A stretch of 64,000 bases of DNA, taken from positions 15,688,001 through 15,752,000 of the forward strand of contig NC_058368.1 in assembly GCF_018350175.1 (NCBI RefSeq), given 5' to 3'. The notes below the pieces were generated by a model. That model was not told the origin of the DNA. It was given only the letters and a program-made list of their open reading frames with translations, and ran no database searches. The stretch is from Felis catus (lineage: Eukaryota). The number at the start of each line of letters is the position of its first letter. The stretch's first letter is position 1. The position numbers and the translations under genes were made by a program. Shown piece after piece: positions 13,246 through 27,142 of the stretch.

Positions 13246-15123
13246 ACTTATTTTTATTATTTATTGTCTCTTTTTCCTCCCCACAACATTGACTGTATTA
13301 GGACGTGAATTTTTTGACCATTTTGTTCACTGCTGTACGCCAGCACACAAAATAGAGCCTAGCTTGTTTAATATTTACTAAATGAATGAATGGGCTCACA
13401 GAGTCATTCACAGCTCCCAGAAAGTAATGGGGGTGGGAGGAGAAGAGGAAAAGGAGAGAAAGCTATGGTTGAGCAACTCCTGTCAAAGAACAGTTGAAAT
13501 GGCAAGAAGGAGGGGCAATTTAAGGTCTCAGGGTGCCAAGGGACCCTTTCAAAACCATATTGCCAGGAGGGCATTCGCAGCAGGAGCCATTCTGGTGTGT
13601 GAGTCAGTCTTTAGTAATTGAAATGTACTAAGACTAAAAACCATTTAGTTACTAGCACGTTGAACATTTTATATTTTTCAAAAACAAAACATCAGATAAG
13701 ATGAAACAGAATGAATAACAGTGAATTATTTTCTGTGAACTGAAAGGGCAAATAGCTTTTGCATCTTATCTTAAGAGTCTCCATGGCTTTTAGCATATGT
13801 AAATAATTATTCTTGATAAGTTAATTAATTTTACAATCATATCACACAACATCCCCTGCAATGTAAAAGTACCGTACTGACCTTTTAAAAAAAATTCTGA
13901 ACAAAATCTTAAATAAATATACCTATCGCATTTAGTCAAATTAAATAACTGGGTAGTGACATCAGCAAGTCTGAACACTATTGTTTCTAGTGGGACAGAA
14001 GCCAGTGAAGAAATAGCAGAGCTAAAGTACATGTAGGGCAGTTTAAGATAGATGCATTGGCAAATTTTCTTTGGTGTTCATTACTTTCTTTTTCAATTTG
14101 CAAAATGTTTAAAATGTAAATACTTAAGGAAGGATGAAGGGTATCACTCCTGTTGAATATATATTACATAAACTGCCATGGATTAATTGTATTTTTTTTA
14201 CATAATAGCAAATACTGCTCCCATGAGATTAAGCAACATATTGCCACCCCACAAATAAAGCCATATGGTTCCATCTGTTTCCAGGTTCCATTACAGTACG
14301 CCTACGGGTTAAAAAAGAAACTGTTAACCACAGGATGCAAATATGCCTCTTATTTAATTTTTCAAAATCAACAAAATGTTAATGATATAATTTGGCAGAG
14401 TTTGACTTATTACGGGAGTTAGATATGCATCTCCTAATCCTCTTGCACTGAGGATGATTTAACACGGTATGTGAAATAAATAAACTAGCGCTAAAATTGC
14501 ATAGCTCTGGGATTTGCCAGGTGCTAATTGCTCTACTGAAGCCTGGAGGAAAATGCACAATTGCCCCGTGTAGTCGTCCTAGGTATAATTATGGTCTGAG
14601 AGTTTTATTCCCTGGACAGAGGTGACAGCCTGGAGACAGCTTTGCATGAACTTGGTCTTCATCTTAGGATCTATAAAAAAGACCACGGGCAGTTCACCAC
14701 CTCCCCTGCAAAGCCCACCACAGGAGGGGAAACTGCTATTTATCCTTCAAGTGCAGCTCAGGTATCGTAGATAGAATTCTCTTCTCAGGCAGTACCTTAT
14801 ACACATTACTATTTTCAGTTTGGATCATAACTTGTTTGTATATATGTCCCTCCTCTATTAAATAACAAAGTCTTTAAGGATGTGACTACCTTGTTCACCT
14901 CTGTAGCTCCAATCCTTCGCAAAAAATTGGCATTTAATAAATATTTAGTACTAATTATGTTAAATGACTATGTCTCCTAGTGCTGGTGCCCAAGAAATAG
15001 TAGATGCTTAATAAATTTTAAGTATCAGAAACTGTCTTCCTCTCCTCTACTCAAAATTTCACTTTTTCTCCCCTTTTCATCACCATTCTTCTGTTAGAAC
15101 ACAGGTCAGGCTCTCATCCTAGA

Positions 15124-15590
15124 CCAATGGTTCTCAGTGAGGGAAGAGTGGGTGACCTTGCCCCCCATCGGTCATCTGGCAATGTCTGGAGACATTCTGG
15201 GTTGCCAGAAGCAGGCCAGAGGGAGCGGGCCTCAGTGGCATCTAGTGCATAGAGGCCAAGGATGCTACTAAACATCCCACAACTCAGAGAACAGTGTGCA
15301 CAACAAAGAATTATTTGGGCCCCTGGGTGACTCAGTCGGTTATAAGTGTGTGACTCTGGGTTTCAGCTCAGGTCATGATTTCACAGTTTGTGGGTTCAAG
15401 GCCCATGTAGGTAGGGCTCTGTGCTAATAGCACGGAGCCTGCTTGGGATTCTCTCTTTCCCTCTCTCTCTGTCCCTACTCTGCTCATGTGCTCACTCTCT
15501 CTCTCTCTCAAAACAAATACATAAAGACCTAAAAAAAAAAAAAAAAGAATTATCTGGCCCCAAGTGCCAGTAGGTGAGAAACTCTGCCTA
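15124..15590. mobile_element. MER20-like element split by a + strand Can-SINE (15317-15546)
   Basis: tggcaatgtctggagacatt...ggcatctagtgcatagaggccaaggatgct. aaagaattat is duplicated around the SINE. Confidence 0.8.
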
Positions 15591-15610
15591 GACTTCCATT
15601 TAAAAAAAAA

Positions 15611-15821
15611 TTTTTTTTAATGTTTTATTTATTTCTGAGACAGAGAGAGACAGAGCATGAGCAGGGGAGGGGCAGAGAGAGAGGGAGACACAGAATCCGA
15701 AGCAGGCTACAGGCTCTGAGCTGTCAGCACAGAGCCTCATGCGGGGCTCGAACTCACAGACCGCGAGATCATGACCTGAGCTGAAGTCGGACGCTCAACC
15801 GACTGAGCCACCCAGGCGCCC
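15611..15821 (-). mobile_element. Can-SINE, TSD ctagactt(c/t)cattt
   Basis: Full-length copy. Confidence 0.94.
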
Positions 15822-15909
15822 CTAGACTTTCATTTCTTGAAATTGACTCCTGGTCATTCCCTTCTAATCCTATTCTTTCTTTCTAATCTACTCTTCCTAA
15901 AAATCTCCT

Positions 15910-16768
15910 TGTTTGAGATATAATTGACATAAAACATTATATTAGTTTCAGATGTACAGCACAATTCAATATTTGTATACACTACAAAATGATCACCACA
16001 GCAAGTCTAGTTAACATCTGTCACCATTTTTATCTTATGATGTAAACTTTTAAGATCTACTCTCTTAGCAACATTCAAATATACTATATGGTATCATTAA
16101 CTATATCACCATGCTGTATGTTACATCCCATGACTTGTTTATTTTGTAACTCGACGTTTGTACACCTTTTGACACTCTTCACCTATTTTGCCCACACCCC
16201 ATCCTAAACCTCTGGCAACCACCTACCTATTCTGTGTACCTATGAACTTGGTTTTGTTTCTGTTTGTTTGTTTTTAATTTTTTAATTTATTTTGAGAGAG
16301 ATCTTGGGCACAAGTGGGAAAGGGGCAGACAGAGAGGGAGAAAGAGAATCCCAAGCAGACTCCATGCTGTCAGCAGAGAGCCTGAAGTGGGCTCAATCTC
16401 AGTAACCCTGAGATGAATACCTGAGCCAAAATCAAGAGTTGGATGCTTAACGGACTGAGCCACCCAGGTGCCCCACTGGTTTTTTTTTTTTTTTTAGATT
16501 CCACATATAAGCGAGACTAAAAATATTTCTCATTGTTTTTCTGCTCCAAAGGCCTTATACTTTTTGTTTTATTTTTTAATGTTTATTTTTGAGAGAGACA
16601 GAGCTTGAGCATGGAGGGACAGAGAGAGTGAGGGAGACAGAATCCGAAGCAGCCTCCAGGCTCAGAGCTGTCAGCACAAAGCCTGGGGCGGGGCTTGAAC
16701 TTCTAAACCGTGAGATTATGACCTGAGCAGAAGTTGGATGCTGGCCTAACTGAACCATCCAGGCGCTG
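15910..16768 (-). mobile_element. L1 3' end (about 15910-16520) with nested SINE (16262-16474) and adjacent SINE (16560-16768)
   Basis: gagatataattgacataaaacatt...ttagattccacatataag L1 3'UTR motifs plus two SINE bodies. Confidence 0.85.
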
Positions 16769-17325
16769 GGTCTTACACTTTTTTAAATGTCTTTGTTTTT
16801 TGGTTTAGTTGCTGCTGGATTTTCAACACTATCAATATATCAATATGTCAAAAGCAGAACTGGAACCAAGTCTTAAAAATTCCTATCTCTAATTTAGGTG
16901 CTTTACAACTCTCTTAACCCAAATGAAAGCTTTTAAATTAGGAGGACACTGAGAAAACAGACTCTGAAGTGATGGCAGCTAATTTTCTTCAGTGATCCAA
17001 ATTTCTAAACCTACAAAAAGCCAAATGTCCCTTCTAACTTTGTTTGCAGTTGAAATGCTGTTTCACTGACAGTTATATCACACACTGATATATGCCGGCT
17101 AGATATCCTCTGATCTAACCATGATATCCTCTAATCTAACCACGATTTGTTCAAAATTAATGTGATCTAAGACTAGTTTTAAAAACAAAAGACTTTTGAA
17201 AAACATACGTGATTCCCTTTATTTAGATGACCAAATGTTATGAAATTCCACAGAAGTAACTCTTAAATGTGAAAAATCACATACAGAAGTATGTGAAAAA
17301 TCACATACAGAAGTAGGTGGAAAAA

Positions 17326-17581
17326 ATATATATATATAAATATATATAATGCATATATATAAATACATATATATACATATATAAAAATATATACAATAAA
17401 TAAATTTTTATAAATAAATAATATATATAATAAAATATATAAAATATAAAAATATATAATTATAAATTATAATTATAAATGTAAGTATAAATATATATAA
17501 TATATAAATACATATATACACATATATAAATACATATATATACATATATATAAATACATATATATACATATATATACATAT
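17326..17581. repeat. About 255 bp (TA)-rich low-complexity tract
   Basis: Direct reading. Confidence 0.95.
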
Positions 17582-18722
17582 CCGATAAATGATTCATATC
17601 CCAAATAGATAAAGAACTCCTATAACTCAACAACCAAAAGAAAAACCAATACTATTCAAAAGGGGACAAAGCACTTGAATAAGACATTTCTCCAAAGAAG
17701 ATATATAAATGGTCAACAAGCATATGATTGTATGATAACATCATAACATCAATAGTCATTAGGGAAATGCAAATCAAAACCACAATGAGATACCACTTCA
17801 CCCTCATTAGGATAGCTATTACAAGTGTTGGCAAGGGTGTGGAAAAAGGAGAATCTTTGTGCATTGTTGGTGAGACTATAAAGTGGTTCAGCCACTGTGG
17901 CAAACAGCTTGGAAGCTCTTCAAAAATTAAATGCAGAATTACTAAATGACCCAGTAATTGCATCCCTAGATGTACACACAAAAGAACTGAAAACAGGTAC
18001 TCAGGTACTTGTACACCAATATTCACAGAAGTATTCACACCAGCCAAAAGGAGAAAAACAACCTAAGTGTCCATCAACAGATGACTGGGTAAACAAAATG
18101 TGGTAGATATGCACAATGGAATATTAGTCAGCCTTAAAAAGGAAAGAAATTCTCATACATGCTACAACATGGATAAAACTTGAAGATGTTACACTAATGA
18201 AATGAGCTAGACACAAAAAAGCAAATTTTGGGGCGCCTGGGTGGCTCAGTCGGTTAAGCATCTGACTCCTGATTTTGGCTTGGGTCATGATCTCGAGGTT
18301 CACGGGTTCCAGCCCCGAGTCAGGCTCTGTGCTGGCAGGACAGAGCCTGCTAGAGGTTCCCCATCTCCCTCTGTCTCTGCTCCTCCCCCACTTGTGCGCA
18401 CAAGTGTGCTCTTTCTCTCTCAAAACAAGTTTATTTAAACTTAAAAAATAAAAGCAAATTTTGATTCCACTTATATGAGGTAACTAGCATAGGCAAATTC
18501 ATAAAGACAGGAAATAGAACAGAGGCTACCAGGTGCTAGAAGAAAGGGGCATGGGAAGTTCTGTTGAATGGGGACACAGTCACAATTGGGGAGGGTGAAA
18601 AAGTTCTGGAGAAGGGTGGTAGTGATAGTTGCACCACAATGTGATGAATTTAATACAACTGAATTGTACACTTAAAAATGGTGAAAGTGGTAAATTTTGT
18701 GTGTTTTATCACAATAAAATAC
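17582..18722 (+). mobile_element. L1M ORF2 end/3'UTR with nested Can-SINE (18229-18452, TSD aaaagcaaattttg)
   Basis: Translates to IREMQIKTTMRYHFT, the L1 ORF2 C-terminal motif. Typical 3'UTR follows. Confidence 0.9.
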
Positions 18723-19437
18723 AGTGGAAAAAGTCTCACTCCAAATGTTATAATAATTTGCTTCATCACTGTCTTCAAGGGATTTTACAAATAATGTCTC
18801 CCACTAACAGAATTTTAGGTTTTTATCTAAATTTGAGATGGAAAATAATGTGCCATTGGTACATGCATGTCTTGAAAGAAATTAGAATCCCTGATAATAT
18901 AAAATGCTAGGACATCACACACAAACCCCAGGCCCAATTATATAGGATAATCTCCTTTCAAAAGCCCATACTCAGTGAAGGACAGGCATAGTTTTGTGCC
19001 ATCCCCGGCATTTTGCCTGCCTTTCAGATCCTTTCTTCCACTTAATGCTGATTCATGTAAACATATCAATTTTCTCTGATGGTTGTAGCATAGGGGAGAA
19101 AGAAAGTACTGTTTTAAAAATATCATTTGTTTCTATGCTAAGAAAAGGTGAAAATACAGAACAATGTCCAGAAAGATTATTTTTTTTAATGAGATCTATT
19201 GTCTATCCCAGAACCAACCAATGGCAATTTTACATATTATCGATCAATATTTTTGAGCTTTATTTTCTTGGAATCAGCTATTTTTCAATACAAACTATAA
19301 AATTCCTTTAGTCAAAGCAAATAATTACATTCAAAAAACATCCATAGATTCAACAACTGTGAGCATTCTGAAAGAAAGCAGAAATAGAAGTCTTTTCATG
19401 CACGAACACATCTGATATTTATTCTATATGTTTATAT

Positions 19438-19586
19438 ATGTTTATTTATTTTTGAGAGAGAGAGACAGAGAGAAAGAATCCCAAGCAGGCTTCATGCCTT
19501 CAGCACAAGCCCAACACGAGCCATGAGATCATGACCTGAGCCAAGATCAAGAGTTAGACACTCAACTGAGCCACTCAGGCACCCCC
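19438..19586 (-). mobile_element. Internally deleted Can-SINE, TSD cacatctgatattt
   Basis: Shortened body with flanking duplication. Confidence 0.88.
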
Positions 19587-20263
19587 ACATCTGATATTTG
19601 AAGTTGTATTAAAATCTACTAATACTCCAGAATCTCTGTGTGTTCAAATCCATTAGAAGGTCCACAGAATTTGAAATTCACTCTTTCATAAAACTGATTT
19701 TATGACCCCTCCTTAATAGGAATGTAATAGAGCCTACTACCTGAAAATGTTACTGGATTAATAAATTTACCCTATAATACACAACTAAGTACCAGAATAT
19801 TTGAAGTTAATCTTTGTCAACAGTTGTGGATTTGGGTAAACTGTGGCCCAAACTACATAATGACTGCCTGAGTCTCATCCAATAAAATCCCACAAATATA
19901 TCAAAACCCCCACGTGCATAAAGTATACACACAATCTCATTTTAAAACAGAACTCCAAAATCAGCTTCATTACTTTTTACATTAGTACTGAATTTCACAA
20001 AAGGTCCTGATTAAAAGTGATATGTTTTGCCTACACCAAGACAGGGCTATAATAGGCAGCCCTGTGCTCATGACAGGAGGTGCTGAAGTAAACTGGTGTC
20101 ATTGGGATTTATACTTAATAGGTCACTGGGATAGGCTTGATTTACGTTCACTTAAATCCCTGGGATATGGTCCTCTTGAACACTCATCTAGTTTGATTTT
20201 TCAGCTAGAATGTCAATGTTGATTGGCTATCATTTCTTAAGTTTCAGTGGAGATTTAGAATTA

Positions 20264-20491
20264 TTTTTTATTTTTTTCTTTCTCTTAAGTTTATTTATTT
20301 TGAGAGGGAAAGAGAGAGAGAGAGAGAGAGAGTGAGCAGGGGAGGGGCAGAGAGAGAAGGAGGAAAAGAGAATCCCAAGCAGGCTCTGCACCATCTGCAC
20401 AGAGTCCAACATGGGGCTGGAACTCATGAACCGTGAGATCATGACCTGAGCCAAAATCAGAAGCCCGACTGACTGAGCTACCCAGGCGCCC
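20264..20491 (-). mobile_element. Can-SINE
   Basis: Full body ending cccaggcgccc. Confidence 0.92.
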
Positions 20492-20848
20492 ATGGAATTG
20501 TTTTTTGTTTGTTTGTTTTTTTAATAAAAAGGATACATTTTTTACTGTTTCTCCCTACCACCTTTGGAGACAGAATTATAATTCTATTGCCTATTTGATA
20601 TTTTATAGTGAAAGGGAAGAAGAACAGGCAATAAAGCAGCAAAGAGGGGATCTAACAAATACACCTAAGCATTTGGGCCACTTTTAAGGTAGACTTAAAA
20701 TGTTACACATTTTCTTTCCACGTGCTATTCTGAATAGTAAGAGCATGATTGAACATTTTAACGGTAAGCAACTCTTAAGACTGTCGTCAGAGAATGTCAA
20801 GATTTGGGAAGATTACAGCGTAAGTTTCTAGCATTCCACACTCTATTC

Positions 20849-21076
20849 TTTTTTTTTTTTTTTTGAATGTTTATTTATTTTTGAAGGAGAGAGAGAGAGA
20901 GACAGAGCATGATCAGGGGAGGGGCAGAGAGAGAGGGAGACACAGAATCCAAAGTGGGTTCCAGACTCCGAGCTGTCAGCACAGAGCCTGACATGGTGTT
21001 CAAACTCACAAAACGTGAGAGATCATGACCTGAGCCAAAGTCAGACGCTTAACCGACTGAGCCACCCAGGCACCCC
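20849..21076 (-). mobile_element. Can-SINE
   Basis: Full body ending cccaggcacccc. Confidence 0.92.
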
Positions 21077-22589
21077 ACCACGCTCTCTTTTTTATATTGT
21101 CAGCATTTTCTTGGAGAGATGCTATAGACCACCCCACAAGTGTGGTATTTTATTATTTAAGTTTGGAAGGGCCCACAATGTAACTAGTGCCTCCAGGAAA
21201 AGATGCAACACGATATAATGAATATTTGGAGGAAGGACGTGGAGGAAGAAGACTTGAAACTGAATGCTAGCTTCCTCACTAATGTGACCTTTAAGTAATC
21301 AACCACTTTGATCCTATTTCCTCCTCTGCAAAACTGAAAGAAAAATCACTGCTTTTCATACTGAGAGGATGTGTGCAAAAGCAGTTTGAACACTGTAAAC
21401 TTAATGCAAAGATACTATTTTTTATTACTAACAAGTGGTTATACTTCTACTTATTCCTCCTACATGCCTCACTGTAGAAGTAAAAGGTGCCAAAAAAAGA
21501 AGAAAAGACAAGAAAAAAAAAGGAAAACAACATCAGAAAATCATCAGAGACAAAGAAGGAAAAAAGAGGACAAATGTTCACATAAAAAGAAAAAAAAAAA
21601 CAGTATCTCAACCATCTCAACATATTAGCGTCTCATTAGGAATCAAATTATGACATCATTTTCTTCCTAATCAGCATGAAATGCTACAATTCACCCAACA
21701 GAGCTGATGGACAGATATTCCTGAGGCCGCAATACATACTTCCTACATAACTCCAGGACCAGTCAGAAAGAGGGAAAAGGCAAGAAGATAAATGGACCCC
21801 AAGAGAAATGAGATGGTCACTGTATAAAATTTGACTATCCAGCAGTTCCAACTGTACAAAACCTGAGAACTACCAACAAGCAAAAAAGAGCTGTACCTGC
21901 CAAAATGGATGTTATCAAGTCTGTACAGAAAAGATCACATAGGACCTATTTGCGACTATTTGCGACTTAGGTTAAACAAGCGGGTTTACAGGATTTCGAA
22001 GTTTACAGCAAATCAGAACAGCAAACTGGGAGACAGATGAGGAATGCCACCAGCAGGTGCGTGACAGCAAAGTGAAATCAAAGCTGGTGTCCTGGCCCCA
22101 AGGAAAGGGACCAAAACCAGCCAAACAAAACAAAACAACGAAAAAGCTCCTGAAAAGCAGACACCAGTTCTGAAAAGCACAAGAGTTTGAGGTCGCTGCA
22201 TCTGGGAACTACCGGCCCTTCTTTCCAGCTCCAGAATTGCTTACCATGCAGTTCTTCAAAATTCTGGAGACCACAGAGAGTCTCCAACACAGCAGCAAGA
22301 GAGTGGCAGGGTGGACTTGGACACCAGGAGAATGGCAAAGCACTAGGCTTCGTCCCTCTGCAGATTGCCACCTTCCACCAAAGCAGCCCGTTTTCATTCA
22401 GCTTTACTTAATGAGGCTTCTTTGATCTAAGGGCCCTGTTGGTTTAAAAAAAAATTTTTTTTTTTCATTAAAATTTGACCACCACTGACTTCCATACTCC
22501 AAGATCCTTAAATGCAGTATGTTCCAATGTAGTAATGGAATCTAGGCCAGGAGTTGGGGAGACGGATGGATGAACAGGTGGAGCAGAGA

Positions 22590-22910
22590 TGACTTTTAGG
22601 GCAGTAAAACTCTTCTGTATGATATCGCAATGGCTATTTGCACATTATACATTTGCACAAACCCATAGAATGTATAGAATGTACAACACCCCATGGACTT
22701 TGGGTGATAATGATGTACCAGTGTAGGATCATCAACTGTAACAAATGCACCACTCTGGTGGAGGACATCCATAGTACAGGAGACTGTGCATGTGGGCGGG
22801 GGGTGGGGGGTGGGGGGGTGGGGCAGTAGGAGGTATATGGGAACTCTCTGTACCTTTCGCTCAATTTTTCCTGTGAACCTAAAACTTTTCAAAAAATGTT
22901 TATTATTTTG
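22590..22910 (+). mobile_element. L1M 3'UTR fragment
   Basis: ggactttgggtgataatgatgt...tgtaacaaatgcaccactctggtg...ctgtgaacctaaaact. Confidence 0.8.
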
Positions 22911-23392
22911 TTTAAAAGAGAAAGAAATGGAACCTATTAGCTTTCTTAAAACAGTTTTTCCTCCATATTTAATGGGAGCACCACTCCCCAACCACTTGCT
23001 TAAGCTAGAAACAGACTCAGAACAACCCCATGGAAATGTTATTCATCCTGTTCCTCAATCCCACTTTCCCTAGGTCATCAAATCCCATGGATGGATCCTC
23101 CACATATTTCTCAGCTATGCCCCATCCCAGATGTCCTCAATGAGTCTACTCTACCCAGGCAGCTGTGTCCTACTGGGCCTCCCCTCATCTGCACACCACC
23201 CCCCCCCCAAGAGCACCCTCCCTGTTGGACCCCTAGTGGCCTGTCCTTCCAAGTCCAGAGCAGATCCCTGCACACTTTTTAGTGACAAGTCTTGCACTGA
23301 GACTAAAACAGACTAGGACAGTAACTATTTCCAGGGGTTAGAGTTAAAAGTCTTTTATTTCTGCTTTAAACAGTTGGTCTCCAAATTTCTTC

Positions 23393-23705
23393 CTTTTTAA
23401 AAATATTTTAATGTTTATTTGAGAGAGAGTGCTTGTGCAAACACGCCTGTGCAAGTGGGGAATGGCAGAGAGAGAGGGAGAGAGAATCCCAAGCAGGCTC
23501 TGAGTTATCAACACAGAGCCCCACCCAGGGTTCCATCTCACAAACCTTGAGATCATAAGCTAAACCAAAATCGAAAGTTGGACGCTTCACTCACTGAGCC
23601 ATCCTATTTTTCTCAAGTCATCTCTATACCCAACGTTGGAGACTGAACTCACAGTCCCGAGATCAAGAGTCAAATGTGCTACCCACTGAACCAGCCAGGC
23701 GTCCC
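23393..23705 (-). mobile_element. Composite of two Can-SINEs bracketed by one TSD (tctccaaatttct)
   Basis: Short-type SINE at 23606-23705 with a second SINE in its tail region. Confidence 0.8.
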
Positions 23706-25411
23706 ATCTCCAAATTTCTATTATGAGTGTGTATTTATGTATTTTAAACGGGGGAGGGGGGAGGGGGGAGGGGGGAGGGTGGGAAGCAGTATGGTGGGTA
23801 AGATTTGATGATTTGAGCATCACTTTCCAACCAGGCTCTTCACAATCTTTCTCCTCAAATGGCATTCCCAGACTCATCAATCCTCACTCCTTTTGCCCTG
23901 CACTGCTTCTCCTCCGCCCTGAGGCCTGTGAGCAGCTACATCCTGGAAACCTCCCCCATGGCCCCAGGCAGCAGCATTAATGAGCTCTCCACAGCTCTTC
24001 TGGGCTTCCACAGCACCTGGCATACACCTTCATAAAAGCACAGAGGACACTTGCTTCCTTACCGTGGTTATTTGTTTTCCCCAGAGAAGCTCAGCTCTTT
24101 CTGAAGGCCACAGGCCATGCTACAGAGTGCTCTGAACTGCCTAACACTAGGTCTGGTACACAATAAACGTTGCACGAATGAAGGTAAAATCCAGTCTCAT
24201 CGATAACATCAACTACTACATTATGAAGCCCTATATAATTAGTCTAACTTCTGATTCTGAGCCATTGCTTTGCTGATGTAATATAACAAATTCCTTTGAC
24301 AAGCAAAAGCATATATAATGCCTTCCCTCCTTCCTGTGCACTTAATAGTCTTTCTACTTAAAGTGCTGTTATAAGAACACTGACCTGTACGTGAATACCT
24401 GCAAAGTGTTAAATGGCTATAAATAATACTTTAAGTGTTTTTTTAAAATGGTGTATGGGTAATTTTTAAAGTTTCGTTGATGTGTGTATGTTGTGGGAGG
24501 TTGAGTTTCCGGGCCAAGGGCTGCTTGAGCTGTGGAGATTAGAAACTGATGGAGAAGAATCACTAATAACCGTGTTATAGATTGCTGTTTGGAGAAACTC
24601 AGATTTTTAATTGCCAATGACATGCATGAAACAGTGGAGATGGTGTGTCAAATACCATCTCGGCAGCTTTGCTTAGTATGAATGTGGCCACTTAGAAGTA
24701 CCATATCAATTTGTCTTCAATCTCTTTTCAAATGCCCCTTTGATGATGTGATTCTCCTGCTCAAACCCTTCAGTATTTCTCTTTTGACCACAGGTTAAAA
24801 TGTAATAGTTTTCTTTTGTCTACAGATTAAAATCCAAATGCCTTATCTTTCCTTCCACCTTATTCTACAAAACACCAACATATCTTAGGGAAGAGAAAGG
24901 ACCGTGGTTGAAGGAAGAAACTAAATGTATCAAGTATCAAGGATGAGCCAGACACCTATTCTAGGTACTGGTATTTTAAGATAAAACACGGTCTCTTTGC
25001 TTTGTGATATTATAGTCTATGGGGGGAGACAGGAATCTAAACACATTATTACCAGGCAGGCTATAGAAGATTATTATTACTGCTATTAAAAGGGTCATGG
25101 GTGGTTTCTTCCTAAGGAAGAAAAAACCAGAGAAGCAAGGTCTCTTCTCTTGATAGACACAGTAGTACAATTCCAGGCCTAGGGACATCGTCAGCTTCCT
25201 TAACTTCTTGCAAGGACTTACAGCAAGAATCTCTATTCCCATTATACCTTGTATTTCACTTTTATTTAGAATCCTAAACTAAATGGGATCATTCTAATTA
25301 TCCTTCTCAAGGGTGAAGCAAAATTCACAAAGTAAAAATGGAATTCTAACCAGGAAAAAATATAGAGAAATCCAAATAGATTACTTCTTTTTTGCATAAA
25401 GAAATTTACCA

Positions 25412-25629
25412 GGGTGCCTGGGTGGCTCAGTCGGTTGAGCCTCCGACTTTGGCTCAGGGCATGATCTCACGGTCTGTGAGTTCGAGCCCTGCGTCGGGCT
25501 CTGTGCTGACATCACAGAGTCTGGAGCCTGCTTCAGATTCTGTCTCTCCCTCTCTCTCTGACCCTCCCCCGTTCATGCTCTGTCTCTCTCTGTCTCAAAA
25601 ATAAATAAACATTAAAAAAAAAAAAAAAA
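25412..25629 (+). mobile_element. Can-SINE, TSD aaagaaatttacca
   Basis: Full-length with a perfect duplication. Confidence 0.95.
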
Positions 25630-25902
25630 GAAATTTACCATTTGATAAATATTCTGATATTTGCCTTCCTCACCACTCTCTTTCTAATTAGGCTATGATA
25701 TCCTGGAAATCAAGATTTTATTTGCTTCTGTTACTTTATTTTGTTATATGGTCCTTAGGGCTTGGGGCCTCACAAGCAGTGTAAGTACAATAGGCACAGA
25801 ACAAACAACGACTGAATGAATAACCTTTATAAGCCCCCAAATTTATAAGTCCCACTTTCTAGACCAATTAATATATCCACAAAATCATATTTTACTAAAA
25901 AA

Positions 25903-26088
25903 AATTTTTTTTTAATGTTTATTCATTTTTGAGAGAGAGGTGTGAGTGGGGGAAGGAGAGACACAGAATCCAAAGCAGGTTCCGAGCTGTCAGCACAGAG
26001 CCCAACACGGGGCTCGAACCCACAAACCATGAGATCATGACCTGAGCCGAAGTCAGACGCTTAACTGACGGAGCCACCCAGGAGCCCC
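25903..26088 (-). mobile_element. Can-SINE
   Basis: Body ending gagccacccaggagcccc. Confidence 0.92.
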
Positions 26089-27097
26089 ACAAAAATCACA
26101 AAACACCAAACATAATCCATACAATTTTTTTTTTTACAAAATTAAAATGTGTGTTTGCAATCAATTTAGATGAATGACCACAGAAAGGAAGTGCCACTCC
26201 CTTGAAATAATACCTGGGCACCAGCTTGCAATTGTTTGCAAACACAGCCAACACCTAATGACTGTTTTATGTAAACACAATTAACCAATAAGCCCTAAGG
26301 GAAGCATGGGGGACACACAGGTTTGTCTTTGACAAACGTCTGATCTAATTTTTGCTCCTAAAAGTGAAATTCTACTGCCCTTAGTAAACAGGGAAAGAAT
26401 GATATAAATGCACCAAGAAGTGAAAGAAAAACACACGAGAACTAAAATCTTTTTAGCTTTAACACATTTTCTCACCTTCCACATTCACTGGCTTCTCACA
26501 GTCACTCACATCATCAATCATAACCATTAATCATAAGCATAACCATAATCACTCATATCATTAATCATAACCGTTAATCACCGGCAGTACCACTTTATGA
26601 ACAAGTTGTGCCAGTTTGGGGGTAGTCATTTGGAAACTGGAATGCATTTGCCCAGAGAAACAATGTTCTGAGTGCTGATATGTTCCTCGGCCAGCCCACG
26701 GAGACCTTCTAAACTAACACCAGTCCAAATAAGCAATGTCTGCCTTTGACATGCATAAGCCTGTCCAAGCTTAAGGTGCCTCGAATCCTCACCACTGAGC
26801 CCATGCACAAACTTTTCAGTTAACTCTTCCTCCTTCCTACTCCAGTCAAACTCCAGTTCTCTCATGTGTGATTCCTAGCAAAGAATAAAACAAGATGGAT
26901 TAATGGATTCCTAATGAAGCATGAATAGTAGAAGTCAAATATTCTACCACAAGATGGAAAACTCTGATGGAATCTGTAAATCCTTTTCGGAGTTATTTTC
27001 TGAAATGTGTGGCTCCTAAGTCAGTTAAATTTAGATACAAGAATTCAGAAACCAACTCCCAGCTCATCGGTTGAACTTCACCATGCATCAAACTCTC

Positions 27098-27142
<45 letters not shown>

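Noticed and set aside
17728..18106. ORFs with IREMQIKTTMRYH and PKCPSTDDW motifs
   Set aside because: Decayed L1 ORF2 C-terminal remnants.
21371..21653. Lys/Arg-rich ORFs resembling nuclear localisation signals
   Set aside because: Product of an A-rich low-complexity tract with no splice or coding support.
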